From positions 10,525 through 74,524 of the forward strand of contig JAZLGX010000033.1 of the NCBI GenBank assembly GCA_045616545.1: a DNA stretch of 64,000 nt, written 5' to 3'. Shown here one piece after another: positions 7,260-17,759 of the stretch; within the stretch, counting starts at the first letter, position 1; each line of letters begins with the position of its first letter. The position numbers and the translations under genes are program-made. The notes below the pieces were generated by a model. The model saw nothing but the letters and a program-made list of their open reading frames with translations, made no database searches and had not been told where the DNA came from. Origin of the DNA: Treponema sp. GTDB lineage: Bacteria; Spirochaetota; Spirochaetia; Treponematales; Treponemataceae.

Positions 7260-9602
7260 TTACCTGTAGACGACTGAAATCTTTACAGAACTACTACGTC
7301 CTCTGGCATCAGACACTGTTACCTCATAATCACCTGCATCAGGCTTCCACTCCAAGGCTTCTCCAGGATTGCATCTGCCGATAAAATCACTGCCTGCAAA
7401 CCAAAGTAGCTCATTGGTATCCGCATCAGCTCCGGCATTAAGGAATATGGTATTTCTCTCCGGTGTGTTTATACGGAATACATATTCGGTACTGTCCAGA
7501 GGAGAGTTAATCTTTGGAGGAAATCCCCTGGAGCTTTGGTCAAAGGTGTAATCCTCAGGCGGATATGGAGGAGGCTCAAGGCGAGGTAAACCTGCCTTCT
7601 TGAATAAATCCTGCATATCACTTGGCCAGAATTCCCTTACAACTTCAGTGACATATTTCCCTACACTCTCATCTGTACGATAGCCTGTCCTTGTATCTAC
7701 GTTTATCTTTCGGTGAATCTGACATCTTGTTATAGGAGAAACTCCCGGTATGAACCATGTTTCTTCCTTTGTGGGACAAGAGTCATTTGGTATACCGCCG
7801 GAAACTGCACAGACTTCTACTTTTGATACCCTTGGAGGTGGATCCGGATACCAGAGACGCTGTTCCTTAGGTGTATTACTCATAATCAATGATGCAATAT
7901 TAAAAAACAGAGGGCCTGACATTTTGCGTCCAATAAAAGAGTTGTTACCAAGTCCGCTGAAATTTCCTATCCACACCACAAGGACATACCGGTCAAATAT
8001 ACCTACAGCCCAGCTGTCCTTGAAGCCGATACTTGTACCAGTCTTCCACGCTACAGGGATATTTTCCATCGACTGCCCCAGATCATAGGGAGGTGAATTT
8101 TCCTCCAGCATCTTTCGCACAACAAAGGCGCTTTCCTTTGTAAGGACATTGTACCCCCTGTTGTAGGGATGGTCACCGCGAGTATAGTAAAGGTCACGGA
8201 ATACTCCCCCGTTTCCAAGTGCACAGTACATCTTACCCAGCTCCATCATGGTAACATCAGCAGTTCCCAGGACTATGGATAAGCCATAATGATCTTCGTC
8301 TTTCAACCCTGTGACGCCGCAATCCTGCATAAACTCATAGATACCGTAACCATTCTTGTTTGTCCGGTGTCCTAAATCTACAGCAGGAATATTCCTGCTG
8401 TCACAAAGAGCAAACCACGCAGGCAAAGGTCCTTTAAACACGCTCTCATAGTTATCAGGGACATATTCACTGAAGGACTGTGGTGCATCCCTAAGCATTG
8501 TACTGTAATGTATAAGTCCCTGCTCACAGGCAAGGGCATAGATAAAGGGCTTGAGAGTGGAACCGGGAGATCTTTTTGCTGTAGTTCCGTTGACCTGCCC
8601 CTCGATTGAATCATCATAATAATCCGCAGAACCTACGCTTGCCACTACTTCCATCTTTTCCTTGTCGATAAGAAGGACCGCACTGTTGGATACTCCAAGG
8701 CTACGGTTCTGATCTACGTAACTGTTGACTGCGCGTACTATCTTTCGCTGTATACCAAGATCAATTGTTGTCCTTACAGTTCCAGTTCTCTTCCTGCAGT
8801 AGTCAAATTCACTCCCGTTAAGCATCTCTGTATAATGTCTTGCATGATCCGGAAAATCACACACAGTGTATATATCCATATCAAAATACACACTATCCTT
8901 AATATCTTCAGGATGACTCTGACACCATGAGTCGTAGAGAATCTTACGAGCATCAAGAAGTTCCTTAGGATTTTTTTTGCGATTGGGAGATCGTTTTATT
9001 GGATTTTGAGGAAGAACTACAAGAGTAAAGCATTCACTCAAAGAAAGGTCCTGCACACTCTTGTTGAAGTAATACCAGGAGGCTGTTTCAAAGCCTTCAA
9101 TATTATATCCACAGGGAACAAGATTGAGATAGCACTCTAGGATCTGTTCCTTTGTATACAAGAACTCAAGTCTCCATGCCAGAAAAATCTGTTTGATCTT
9201 ACCAGCAGGAGATTTTGTATATATACCATATTTAAGTTTGGCAGTCTGCATTGTAATAGTACTGGCACCAATGCGTCTGGAGCGTACAATATAAGTCTGC
9301 CAGAAAGCTCTTACTACAGCCCCCAGGTCTACACCATTGTGACTGTAGTAATGTCGATCCTCCTGCATCAGCACAGCTTCGACAAAGCGAGGCGGATATT
9401 CAGACAGAGGGCGGAACATGCGATATTTGTCTTCCTCTGTCTGAAACACTTCAAGAAGTTCTCCGTTTCTGTCTGTATATGCTGCCGAAAACTCAATTCC
9501 TCTGTATATGTCCGCCCATTTGCGATCCCCTATAATCAACAGGGTAATCAAGGGCGGAACTATCAGAATTATCAGCAGGATAATCTTTTTTTTTCTTGTC
9601 AT
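7260..9602 (-). CDS. pbpC: Penicillin-binding protein 1C (glycosyltransferase plus transpeptidase plus C-terminal domain)
   Basis: 780 aa. GT51 motifs are EDRHYYSHNGVD and GASTITMQ. Transpeptidase motifs are SPGSTLKP (SxxK), SRN and KTGTS. The N-terminus is a TM anchor. Confidence 0.9.
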   Translation of the reverse strand: MTRKKKIILLIILIVPPLITLLIIGDRKWADIYRGIEFSAAYTDRNGELLEVFQTEEDKYRMFRPLSEYPPRFVEAVLMQEDRHYYSHNGVDLGAVVRAFWQTYIVRSRRIGASTITMQTAKLKYGIYTKSPAGKIKQIFLAWRLEFLYTKEQILECYLNLVPCGYNIEGFETASWYYFNKSVQDLSLSECFTLVVLPQNPIKRSPNRKKNPKELLDARKILYDSWCQSHPEDIKDSVYFDMDIYTVCDFPDHARHYTEMLNGSEFDYCRKRTGTVRTTIDLGIQRKIVRAVNSYVDQNRSLGVSNSAVLLIDKEKMEVVASVGSADYYDDSIEGQVNGTTAKRSPGSTLKPFIYALACEQGLIHYSTMLRDAPQSFSEYVPDNYESVFKGPLPAWFALCDSRNIPAVDLGHRTNKNGYGIYEFMQDCGVTGLKDEDHYGLSIVLGTADVTMMELGKMYCALGNGGVFRDLYYTRGDHPYNRGYNVLTKESAFVVRKMLEENSPPYDLGQSMENIPVAWKTGTSIGFKDSWAVGIFDRYVLVVWIGNFSGLGNNSFIGRKMSGPLFFNIASLIMSNTPKEQRLWYPDPPPRVSKVEVCAVSGGIPNDSCPTKEETWFIPGVSPITRCQIHRKINVDTRTGYRTDESVGKYVTEVVREFWPSDMQDLFKKAGLPRLEPPPYPPEDYTFDQSSRGFPPKINSPLDSTEYVFRINTPERNTIFLNAGADADTNELLWFAGSDFIGRCNPGEALEWKPDAGDYEVTVSDARGRSSSVKISVVYR

Positions 9603-9605
9603 GTA

Positions 9606-12600
9606 CTATTCGCTTACAGTAATCTTTGGACTTGGCGCAATGGAATATATTTCCGGATTGTACATAGACTCTGCATATGATGGCGGTACATTAAAGGTTC
9701 CGCTGTTTATTACACGAGCCTTATATTCAAAAGTACGAAGATCCTTTGCAAAGCTTCCGTAAAGGACAACACGATCCTCACGTACATCTACATAGTCCAT
9801 GTATCTGTTACCGTCGCTCTGTCTTACAGACTGTATATCAGCCTCAAGGAAAGCACTCTGCATGTCTACTATGGCAATGTTGTACAAACGACTATCTGTT
9901 GTAGTACGATAATTTATGCGGACAAGGACTTCATCACCCTTCTTGAGTTCCTTGATTGCAGAACCATCTGTATTGAGTATCTCACGATAAACTTCAATAC
10001 CCTTGTTTTCGCGTTCCTTTGGATCATCATAGGCATAACCTGAATTTACTATCATCCAGTAAACAGGCAGCTCTGCCTTCTTCTGGAATTCAATAGAATC
10101 AACATTAGAACCAAACGTTCCCTTACCACTGAGATCTTTAGACAATGTGATGTCTTTACGGTTCTTTCCGGAAATCTCTACAGCTCCGACAAAATCTTTA
10201 TCACCACTGACAACTTCATCGAGGGCAGCTATTGCACGAAGCCCGCTGCTTACAGAATATGAGTTGTAGTTATTGTATTTCATGTGCTCTACCATATCGT
10301 CAAGCATCTCTTTCTTAAGGAGCTTAATCTTATCAGGGAAGTACTCTGCTATGATAGTTACATAAAGAGAAGAATACTGCAGGGAGTTGTGATACTTGTA
10401 ACTGTCACTCCAGAACATTGTCCTGTTTACCTTGCTGAGAAGGCGGTCAGCTTCCTTATCAACTTTGAGCATCTTGTAACTTGCTGCAAGATACAATCCT
10501 GCATATCCATCCAAAGAACCTTTTGTCTTTGCAGCATCAGATACAATATTCTCAATAAGATTTGTCGTGATGATATCATTCTTTGTGAGGATATATGTTG
10601 CATAAGACCTGAAGTATATTCCATTGTACATATCATCTTCACGGCTATTGGCTATATCACGTACTGCATCTATTACACTTTCAAAGAATCCTGCAGGAAC
10701 AGCATAACCATATCTCTGACAATCCGTAAGGAATTCGGCGACATACAGGGTAATAAAGTAATCATCAGAACTCTTATCTGTCCAGTAACCAATCTGATTG
10801 TTAGACTTCTGCCTTGACTGGAGGATGGCAATAGTCTCGTTTATCATCTTTTCGCAATCCTGACGACTCTTGGCACCGGCAACAAAATTGTTAAAGACAT
10901 ATGGATATGCCTTACTTGTTATCTGCTCAGAACATCCATACGGATAATCAGCAAGATAGACATTAAGTCCATCAGCAAATGCAGATGGGACAATGGAAGC
11001 ATATACATTGCGCTTTGCAAACTCATCATATGTCTTAGGACCTGCTGAAGCAGTTTCCTTTGATCCGCTAAATCTTCCTGACGAAACGATTGTACGGTAT
11101 GGCATATTAGGTCTGACGCTTAAAGTCTGAACTATCTTAGAAGATATGTTTGTACCCTTCTCGGTAGCAGTAAACTTGATCTCAGCTCCTCCAAGGGACT
11201 GCTTAGCCTTGACCCTGAAACTTACAGTCTTGTCAGATCCCTGAGGAATATCAAGATCCATAGTCTTGCTGCCTGCAATCTCTACGTGATTATCAGGCAC
11301 TACCTGCAAAGTGACTTTACCCTTTGAACCTTTATAAAGATTTGTCACATTGACAGTAAGGTCAAACTCATCTCCAGGAGCAACAGCAAGAGGACTATTT
11401 GGCTGAATAACAAAATCATTTGTTGCTGTAACGCGACTTTCTTCTACACCGATAGAAGATGCATTTACTGCGATAGCATAAACTTTAATACTTCCATTAA
11501 AGTAATCAGGAACATTATAAGTATATGTCTGTTCATCTTTACCGGAAGGAATTACTCCAGACCAGAAGACAACACTGTCAGACACCTTACGCTTAAACGG
11601 ATTAAGACGGCGTGCAAGCATTTCGTCCATCGAAGCTCCACCACCAGTGGCCATAGAAGTCTTGAGTACATTATACTCAGGAAGAATGAGATCAAGGATC
11701 TGACTTGTCCTTACCTGAAGTGCGCGCTTCTTAAAGAAGTGAGACAAAGGATCAGGAGTCTTATAATGGGCTGTCTGAATAATACCTTCATCTACTCCAT
11801 AGAGTATTATCTTCGCGTTATCCCTTGTAGAATATTTTATCTCAAGAGTTTCTCCAGACTTTACTTCTGCAGGAACCGAAAGATTTATCTTCTGAGTCTT
11901 TGCTTCCCTGCTGACTGAGAATGGTACTGCTCCATAACAGAACGGACTCATAAATATCTCGTCAGACTCGTAGTCACGCTTGAACATGACATTGATGTAT
12001 CCGTTACCTTCAAGTTCCTTTGGAATTGTTATGGACTGTACCGATGTCAGAGAATCCTGAGTAAACCACTTGTATGCGTATACCTTGTCCTTTTCAATGG
12101 TAATGAGACCATTTCCTTTATAAGGAGCCTTTATGTAAATCTTTGCCTGTTCCCCTGGAGCAAAATCTGCGTTCTCTACGTTTAGTTCAAGCTCTGCAGT
12201 ACTTGTAAGGCTGCGTGTTACATCAGCAGTACCAGCTACTGTATACGAGAATGAATTGAACTCAACGCCATTCTTATCTATCACAGTGACTCTGTATTCT
12301 CCAGATTTATCGGAAGGCAAAAGATGTTCGCTTCCGCCTTTCTGGATAGAGATCTTCTGTTCCGAAACTGGGATAACCTTACGTACAGACTGATATTTAT
12401 AAAGTCCGTTACCCTGCTTTACAAGAGTTGAGATATATTTGATTTCTTCAGTCTTCAATGTAACATTATCAAGGCTGATGGACTCAAGGTTATTGTTTAC
12501 AGCAACAAAAGTCATCTTACGTGGATTACCGCGGCTGATAAAATCAAGACGACCATCAGCCTTGTATCCTATGACATAATCCAAAGGCGAGATATACATT

Positions 12601-15254
12601 GTACTTCTGGCAGAAACATTGCGTCCGCTTCCTTTTTCGAAAGCTTCAGTATAGAAGTCAATGCAGTATGAGCCTTTCTCAAACTTACTTAGATCAATAT
12701 CATAAACAGCTGTTCCAGATTCATCTGTAGTTGTAGTCTGAAGCTTTTCGTCATATGTATTGTTTCTGGAATATGGATCATGGAAAACATATTCCCTGTA
12801 CTTCTGCATATAAGGAAGTCCTGACCTCAATGTGAACTGAGCTTTTACCTCGTTTCCGCTGGCTGGAGTACCAAAAAGATTCTTTACCTTGACAACAGAC
12901 TTGATATCCTTATCATAGCCGATCCAACCTGCATTAGGCAAAGGATCAAAGTTTGCAGTGACATTCAAAGTATCTGGAAGATATTCCTCCACCTTGACAG
13001 AAGTTCCGGAGAGGTACTCTGTATATTTAGTTCCATTAGTACGAGTCTTTACAAGGCTAAAGGATACGTCATAAACACCTGTAGGGGAATATGGACGAGT
13101 CTCAAAGATAACTTCCTCAAAGCCCTCTGAAGAAAGCATGAACTGCTTTGTAAAGAAATCCTTACCCTCTGAATCCTTGACCTTAAACTCCACAGGGATA
13201 CCTGCAAGATTTTTATTCCAGTCTCCGGCTTTAGCAATGATACCGATATTTACCTTTTCGCCAGGACGGTACATACCTCTGTCAGAGAATACATATGCAT
13301 CAATTTTGTCAGGACTTACAGAATCATATATACCGCCTACATCAAAGTTTGAATAATCAACATTACGTCCATAGCTTGAATATGGCATAAATGACAGGTC
13401 GGTACCTTTTTCGACTATATAAGCTACAGGGGTGTGTCCGTCTTTAGATGTCTCCTTTGAATCAAGTTTAGGGAGGAACGCGTGCCCCTGACTGTCTGTA
13501 GAAGTCTCCGCAATAGTATTCCCGTTGAGGCCAACAACCCTTACTTTAGCACCAGAGACAGGAGTACCCTTTGTGACAGACTGGACAAAGATATCAGTAG
13601 TACTGTTTTCGTTGCGCTTAGTTACAATACCAAGATCCGTCACAAGAATAAAGCGACGGTCTGATTTTCTGCTTTCCTTATCTGTAACCTGGAACATAAA
13701 GAGACCGTTTTCAAGATTATGTTTCTTATCTGCAACCAGATCTTTTGTAAAGTTATAGGAGAAGTATGACAGACGTTCAACAGATGAACCTGGAACAAAA
13801 TATTCACTACGCTCTGTCTCGGATATATTCTTCTCACTAAAGCGGTAAGAATCAAAGGAAAGATTCTTCATATCTCCATTAGTCATGGATACAAGGTGAT
13901 TGATATCCTTAGGCATGATACGGCTTACAGTGTATTCAACCTGATTGACACCGCGGGAATACATTGCGATGTTTTTTGAACCACCTAAGGCAAGAAGTGC
14001 ACCTTCCGAAACAATACCTATTTCTACAGGATATCTTGATATACGGTTATAATATACAGAATCATCTTTATCAAGCTTATATCCACCAAAGAATTCCAAA
14101 GTTCCATTAAAGACTACCGCAATGAATTTATCCTGAGGAACATGAATCCTGAACATATTCATTTCTGAATAATCCAGTGCACCTGGAATGATCTCTGCCT
14201 TTACAGGAGTACTCTGACTCTTTACAAGAGAAGTAAATGCAGTACTGCTCTCGTTAGTCCAGTAACAGTTGGTTGTTCCCTTCCATCCCTGTTCCGCAGG
14301 TTTATCTTTTGGCAAAAGATAAATCTCCATTCGTGATAAAATATTTTCAGGGCTTATCTTTCCTTTGGAATTGATTACAAGGACCTGGTCATATTCCAGG
14401 TTATCCTTCTTTACAAGAGAAAAATCAACAGAATTGATGCGTACATAATCTCTCATACCAGGAACTGAACAAGTAGTAGAATACTTGCTGCATGGAGTTC
14501 CACCCATGACAGACTTGATGCCACTATATTCAAGCTTTACATCTGATGTAAAGTTAGGCATCTTTACCACATCGGATACAATGTATACTAACTTATCATT
14601 GTTATCGTATGTGACTGTATAACCCAAAGATGATGGTGTTGACTTATTCTTGGATGCATATTCATTAAATGTAAGGGAAATAGCCTTTTCTACAGAATCA
14701 TGATCCACAGGATGAGAAGCAGAAAGTGTAAAGGTAGCACGCTTCTCATTGGCGTTTTCTGGATTGATATAGAACTCGCTGCCATAGCACATGATGTTAA
14801 AGTCATCCGTTGTAAAAGAAACCTCATCTGGGCCAATTACATTTGCACCAAAAAGGTCCTTCTGAAACTTAATTTTATACTTTGTGGCAAGGGACCAGCG
14901 TTCTGCAGGCTGGAACACAAGGACAGAATCATCTCTCCAGCTCCATGACCCATCGATTTTCGGTGTAATCTGAACTTTGGAACTTACATCTTTATCCAAA
15001 TCTTCTATATTACATGCCGAAGATGTAAATACAACAGAAAGGGCATCACCTTCTACATTTGGCCGGTAAGTCATATCCGGTTCATAAAGGACATAGGAAA
15101 CCTTGACTTTGTCTCCTATCACTACTGACTCACCACCTGGTGACACAGTCTTGTCTTTCTTATTGCAAGAAACAATCAGCATTGATGATAAAATCGCAAA
15201 TGCCAATAAAAAAATTGATTTTCTTGGTAATAAATGCATAGAAATACCTCTCAA
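9606..15254 (-). CDS. Bacterial alpha-2-macroglobulin family lipoprotein (YfhM/ECAM-like) with thioester motif
   Basis: 1882 aa. It has a lipobox ...MLIVSC and the thioester site YPYGCSEQ (CxEQ). The stop TAG is 3 nt from the pbpC ATG. The true start may be the MHLLPRK Met at 15239. Confidence 0.9.
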   Translation of the reverse strand: MRGISMHLLPRKSIFLLAFAILSSMLIVSCNKKDKTVSPGGESVVIGDKVKVSYVLYEPDMTYRPNVEGDALSVVFTSSACNIEDLDKDVSSKVQITPKIDGSWSWRDDSVLVFQPAERWSLATKYKIKFQKDLFGANVIGPDEVSFTTDDFNIMCYGSEFYINPENANEKRATFTLSASHPVDHDSVEKAISLTFNEYASKNKSTPSSLGYTVTYDNNDKLVYIVSDVVKMPNFTSDVKLEYSGIKSVMGGTPCSKYSTTCSVPGMRDYVRINSVDFSLVKKDNLEYDQVLVINSKGKISPENILSRMEIYLLPKDKPAEQGWKGTTNCYWTNESSTAFTSLVKSQSTPVKAEIIPGALDYSEMNMFRIHVPQDKFIAVVFNGTLEFFGGYKLDKDDSVYYNRISRYPVEIGIVSEGALLALGGSKNIAMYSRGVNQVEYTVSRIMPKDINHLVSMTNGDMKNLSFDSYRFSEKNISETERSEYFVPGSSVERLSYFSYNFTKDLVADKKHNLENGLFMFQVTDKESRKSDRRFILVTDLGIVTKRNENSTTDIFVQSVTKGTPVSGAKVRVVGLNGNTIAETSTDSQGHAFLPKLDSKETSKDGHTPVAYIVEKGTDLSFMPYSSYGRNVDYSNFDVGGIYDSVSPDKIDAYVFSDRGMYRPGEKVNIGIIAKAGDWNKNLAGIPVEFKVKDSEGKDFFTKQFMLSSEGFEEVIFETRPYSPTGVYDVSFSLVKTRTNGTKYTEYLSGTSVKVEEYLPDTLNVTANFDPLPNAGWIGYDKDIKSVVKVKNLFGTPASGNEVKAQFTLRSGLPYMQKYREYVFHDPYSRNNTYDEKLQTTTTDESGTAVYDIDLSKFEKGSYCIDFYTEAFEKGSGRNVSARSTMYISPLDYVIGYKADGRLDFISRGNPRKMTFVAVNNNLESISLDNVTLKTEEIKYISTLVKQGNGLYKYQSVRKVIPVSEQKISIQKGGSEHLLPSDKSGEYRVTVIDKNGVEFNSFSYTVAGTADVTRSLTSTAELELNVENADFAPGEQAKIYIKAPYKGNGLITIEKDKVYAYKWFTQDSLTSVQSITIPKELEGNGYINVMFKRDYESDEIFMSPFCYGAVPFSVSREAKTQKINLSVPAEVKSGETLEIKYSTRDNAKIILYGVDEGIIQTAHYKTPDPLSHFFKKRALQVRTSQILDLILPEYNVLKTSMATGGGASMDEMLARRLNPFKRKVSDSVVFWSGVIPSGKDEQTYTYNVPDYFNGSIKVYAIAVNASSIGVEESRVTATNDFVIQPNSPLAVAPGDEFDLTVNVTNLYKGSKGKVTLQVVPDNHVEIAGSKTMDLDIPQGSDKTVSFRVKAKQSLGGAEIKFTATEKGTNISSKIVQTLSVRPNMPYRTIVSSGRFSGSKETASAGPKTYDEFAKRNVYASIVPSAFADGLNVYLADYPYGCSEQITSKAYPYVFNNFVAGAKSRQDCEKMINETIAILQSRQKSNNQIGYWTDKSSDDYFITLYVAEFLTDCQRYGYAVPAGFFESVIDAVRDIANSREDDMYNGIYFRSYATYILTKNDIITTNLIENIVSDAAKTKGSLDGYAGLYLAASYKMLKVDKEADRLLSKVNRTMFWSDSYKYHNSLQYSSLYVTIIAEYFPDKIKLLKKEMLDDMVEHMKYNNYNSYSVSSGLRAIAALDEVVSGDKDFVGAVEISGKNRKDITLSKDLSGKGTFGSNVDSIEFQKKAELPVYWMIVNSGYAYDDPKERENKGIEVYREILNTDGSAIKELKKGDEVLVRINYRTTTDSRLYNIAIVDMQSAFLEADIQSVRQSDGNRYMDYVDVREDRVVLYGSFAKDLRTFEYKARVINSGTFNVPPSYAESMYNPEIYSIAPSPKITVSE

Positions 15255-15375
15255 AACAATTGCTTATATTATAACACAATATTATTTTGTATCCAATATC
15301 CTGGATACTACGCATAAATTCTGTCGGTATTTCTACTTAATTCTGCAATATATATAGAGATAGAAAACTAAAATA

Positions 15376-16314
15376 TTAGTTTCTTTCCAAGCCGCAAAGT
15401 TTTTCTACTCTACAGAAGAGCAGTGGATATCCTACAGACACAATAAGGCCATCCAGAAGATATCTAATGCATCTCACCATGTGACTTAAAAATGTAGAAC
15501 TATTTAGGAAATTCTTATCAAAAGGAATCTTTGCAACAAAATTGAAACCTTCAAACAAGGCAAGACCTATAATTACCCTGATGGCGCAAATCAAGAAATT
15601 CTTAGGTAGCTTAAAATTGACAAAATGACGTTCTATTATAAAACCTATAAATATCCCAGTCATAAGACCATAACTTGTAAAATAATCCGAAGTGTTGCAG
15701 TAAAAGATACCTGGAAAACCAAGAACAATAAACCCAATGAATATCCAGTCCTGATTCTTTACATGCTTAAAAAGAAAGCTTACCAGAAGGATAATCAATA
15801 TCCCGCTAAGCCATCCTGCAATTACATCTGTCGGATAGTGTACGCCAAGACAAAACCTAGAGCAACCAATGAGAAGAGGAATTATAATACCTATAGCCCA
15901 GAGCCACTTTTTCTTTCCATAGACAGCAAGGCTTGAATAACCGGTGACACCTGTTGTTGAGTGTCCTGAAGGAAAAGACCATCCCTGGTGAGAAATATCA
16001 TATATATCATATGCACTCTCTACAGGTTTGAGGCAGCGGATACCAGGATTATCAAAATAAGGACGGCGCCTGAAAAAAACATTCTTGATCATGGGGTTAA
16101 GAGTTGCTCCAGCCATCACATTACATGCCATGAACTTTCCAAAGTTCTTATCAACTCCCCAGTATAGGAAAGCCATAATGGCTGCAGGAACAAGGTTTTC
16201 ACCAAGATTTGTACACATGGAAGCAATCCATACTCCAAAGCTACCGCTTATATGACTCTGGATAAATGTCATCAAGGCTACTTCCCACTCAAAAAAGAAT
16301 ACATTACCAGTCAA
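15376..16314 (-). CDS. PAP2-family membrane phosphatase
   Basis: 312 aa, multi-TM. The three PAP2 motifs are FFRRRP, PSGHST and SRFCLGVHYPTD. Confidence 0.8.
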   Translation of the reverse strand: MTGNVFFFEWEVALMTFIQSHISGSFGVWIASMCTNLGENLVPAAIMAFLYWGVDKNFGKFMACNVMAGATLNPMIKNVFFRRRPYFDNPGIRCLKPVESAYDIYDISHQGWSFPSGHSTTGVTGYSSLAVYGKKKWLWAIGIIIPLLIGCSRFCLGVHYPTDVIAGWLSGILIILLVSFLFKHVKNQDWIFIGFIVLGFPGIFYCNTSDYFTSYGLMTGIFIGFIIERHFVNFKLPKNFLICAIRVIIGLALFEGFNFVAKIPFDKNFLNSSTFLSHMVRCIRYLLDGLIVSVGYPLLFCRVEKLCGLERN

Positions 16315-16453
16315 ATTAATCTCCAGTTCTCTCAGTTTTCAAGATTATAACACGTAGTATAGCATAGTTTCAGCATACAGGCAAATCTGTGTACCCTTTT
16401 CAAAGCGCAATCCTTTCCAAGGCTTACCCTCCAAAATCCCCTGAAAACGGCAA

Positions 16454-16537
16454 AAAAGTCTTTATGTTTTTTGTAAAAGTCTAAGACTTTTTTTCAAAAG
16501 TCTTTGTGTTTTTTATAAAAGTCTTAGACTTTTTACG
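16454..16537. repeat. Tandem duplication of a 42-bp unit, each unit containing a 17-bp palindrome
   Basis: Unit 1 is 16454-16495 and unit 2 is 16496-16537; they are roughly 85% identical. Each contains AAAAGTCTTT followed 10 nt later by AAAAGTCT-N-AGACTTTT. Confidence 0.8.
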
Positions 16538-16538
16538 C

Positions 16539-17681
16539 TCACCGGTTACATAACAACTGGATTATGCTTTTTTTCTGTATCTTCAAGTCAGAAATAACAC
16601 TCGAGATCAGCGGACCTGCAAAGCCAAGCAAAAAAGCCATAGAACAATTTTTTGCAGTATATTTTATATATACGTATACTTCTGTACTGACTCCTGGAGG
16701 AGGACTCATATATATTCCGCCATTCACTTTTATTATAAGAGAGACAATCATGGAAATGACAAAGGCAGTGCAGATAGAAAAAGCAGAAAGGACAATAGTT
16801 TCTATCGTTATCAATTTACTAATGTATGTCTGATTTACACCAAAACTTTGCATTGTACCAAACTCAACATGTCTTTCATTTAGATTCATTGTAACAGCAT
16901 TGAAACTCATGAAAAACACAATTACAGAGACAATGAGCAAAATTATTTTATAATAACCTCCATAATACTGAACAACCTGGTTATAGTAGCCAGCGTGTTC
17001 TTCCCACGAAGAAACATGGATATCATAATTGTTTTGCCTGACAAACTCATTTATCTTGTGCATTACTTTATTGACAGATTTTACATCATCCAGTATGACA
17101 GCAATCTCATGCACTCCATTACAGCCTGTCAAAGATTGCATCGATTCCAATGGAATCCTTACTACCTTGGAATCAAACTCATCTGAATAGCTTCCGATGG
17201 CAGATTTTATCACAAAAGATTCAGCATTCTGAAAACCCTCATTATCAATCAAGCTTATGTAAAACGAATCTCCAGGATTCAAGTTGTTGTTCTTGGCAAG
17301 TGTATATCCTAGCTCAGCGCATTCAAGCTCACCATCCTTTAGGTCCTTGCCGGCTTTCTTGGAAAAGAAGGAATTGAACTCATTTTCTCTTGACGGGATT
17401 ATTCCCCTAAGCAGCACCATCGTTGATTTCTCACTGTTACAATCTAACAATGCAGTTGCATCCAGTCTTGGCGAAATCACTTCTACCTCTGGAATCTCAT
17501 CAAGGAACTTTTCCAATGTTTCGTAATCCTCAATAAGATAATCATATGGTGCAGTATTTTGGTTCTCATAATAACCTGCTCTTGATATCTGTATATGCCC
17601 GTACTGACTTCGTATGCAGCTCTCCCTTAATCCCCAATAATTATATTCATAGTAACCACCAATTATTAAGAGACAACTCAA
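16539..17681 (-). CDS. FtsX/MacB/LolE-family ABC permease, apparently 5'-truncated and without a partner ATPase gene
   Basis: 380 aa with a large extracytoplasmic domain followed by three C-terminal TM helices (FtsX-type). The frame is open for only 6 codons (LIASGL) upstream of the TTG at 17681 before a TAA at 17697-17699. Most of TM1 and the cytoplasmic N-terminus are therefore missing. Confidence 0.65.
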   Translation of the reverse strand: MSCLLIIGGYYEYNYWGLRESCIRSQYGHIQISRAGYYENQNTAPYDYLIEDYETLEKFLDEIPEVEVISPRLDATALLDCNSEKSTMVLLRGIIPSRENEFNSFFSKKAGKDLKDGELECAELGYTLAKNNNLNPGDSFYISLIDNEGFQNAESFVIKSAIGSYSDEFDSKVVRIPLESMQSLTGCNGVHEIAVILDDVKSVNKVMHKINEFVRQNNYDIHVSSWEEHAGYYNQVVQYYGGYYKIILLIVSVIVFFMSFNAVTMNLNERHVEFGTMQSFGVNQTYISKLITIETIVLSAFSICTAFVISMIVSLIIKVNGGIYMSPPPGVSTEVYVYIKYTAKNCSMAFLLGFAGPLISSVISDLKIQKKSIIQLLCNR

Positions 17682-17759
17682 TCCAGAAGCAATAAGTTAT
17701 TATATATTGTCAATTTTTAACAAGAATAATGTGACAAAGTGTATTATCTTGGTGGATAT

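Noticed and set aside
10284-10817. 177-aa antisense ORF inside the alpha-2-macroglobulin gene
   Set aside because: The A2M frame is continuous and motif-bearing across this region. The antisense product is Ile/Cys/Leu-rich with no start signals.
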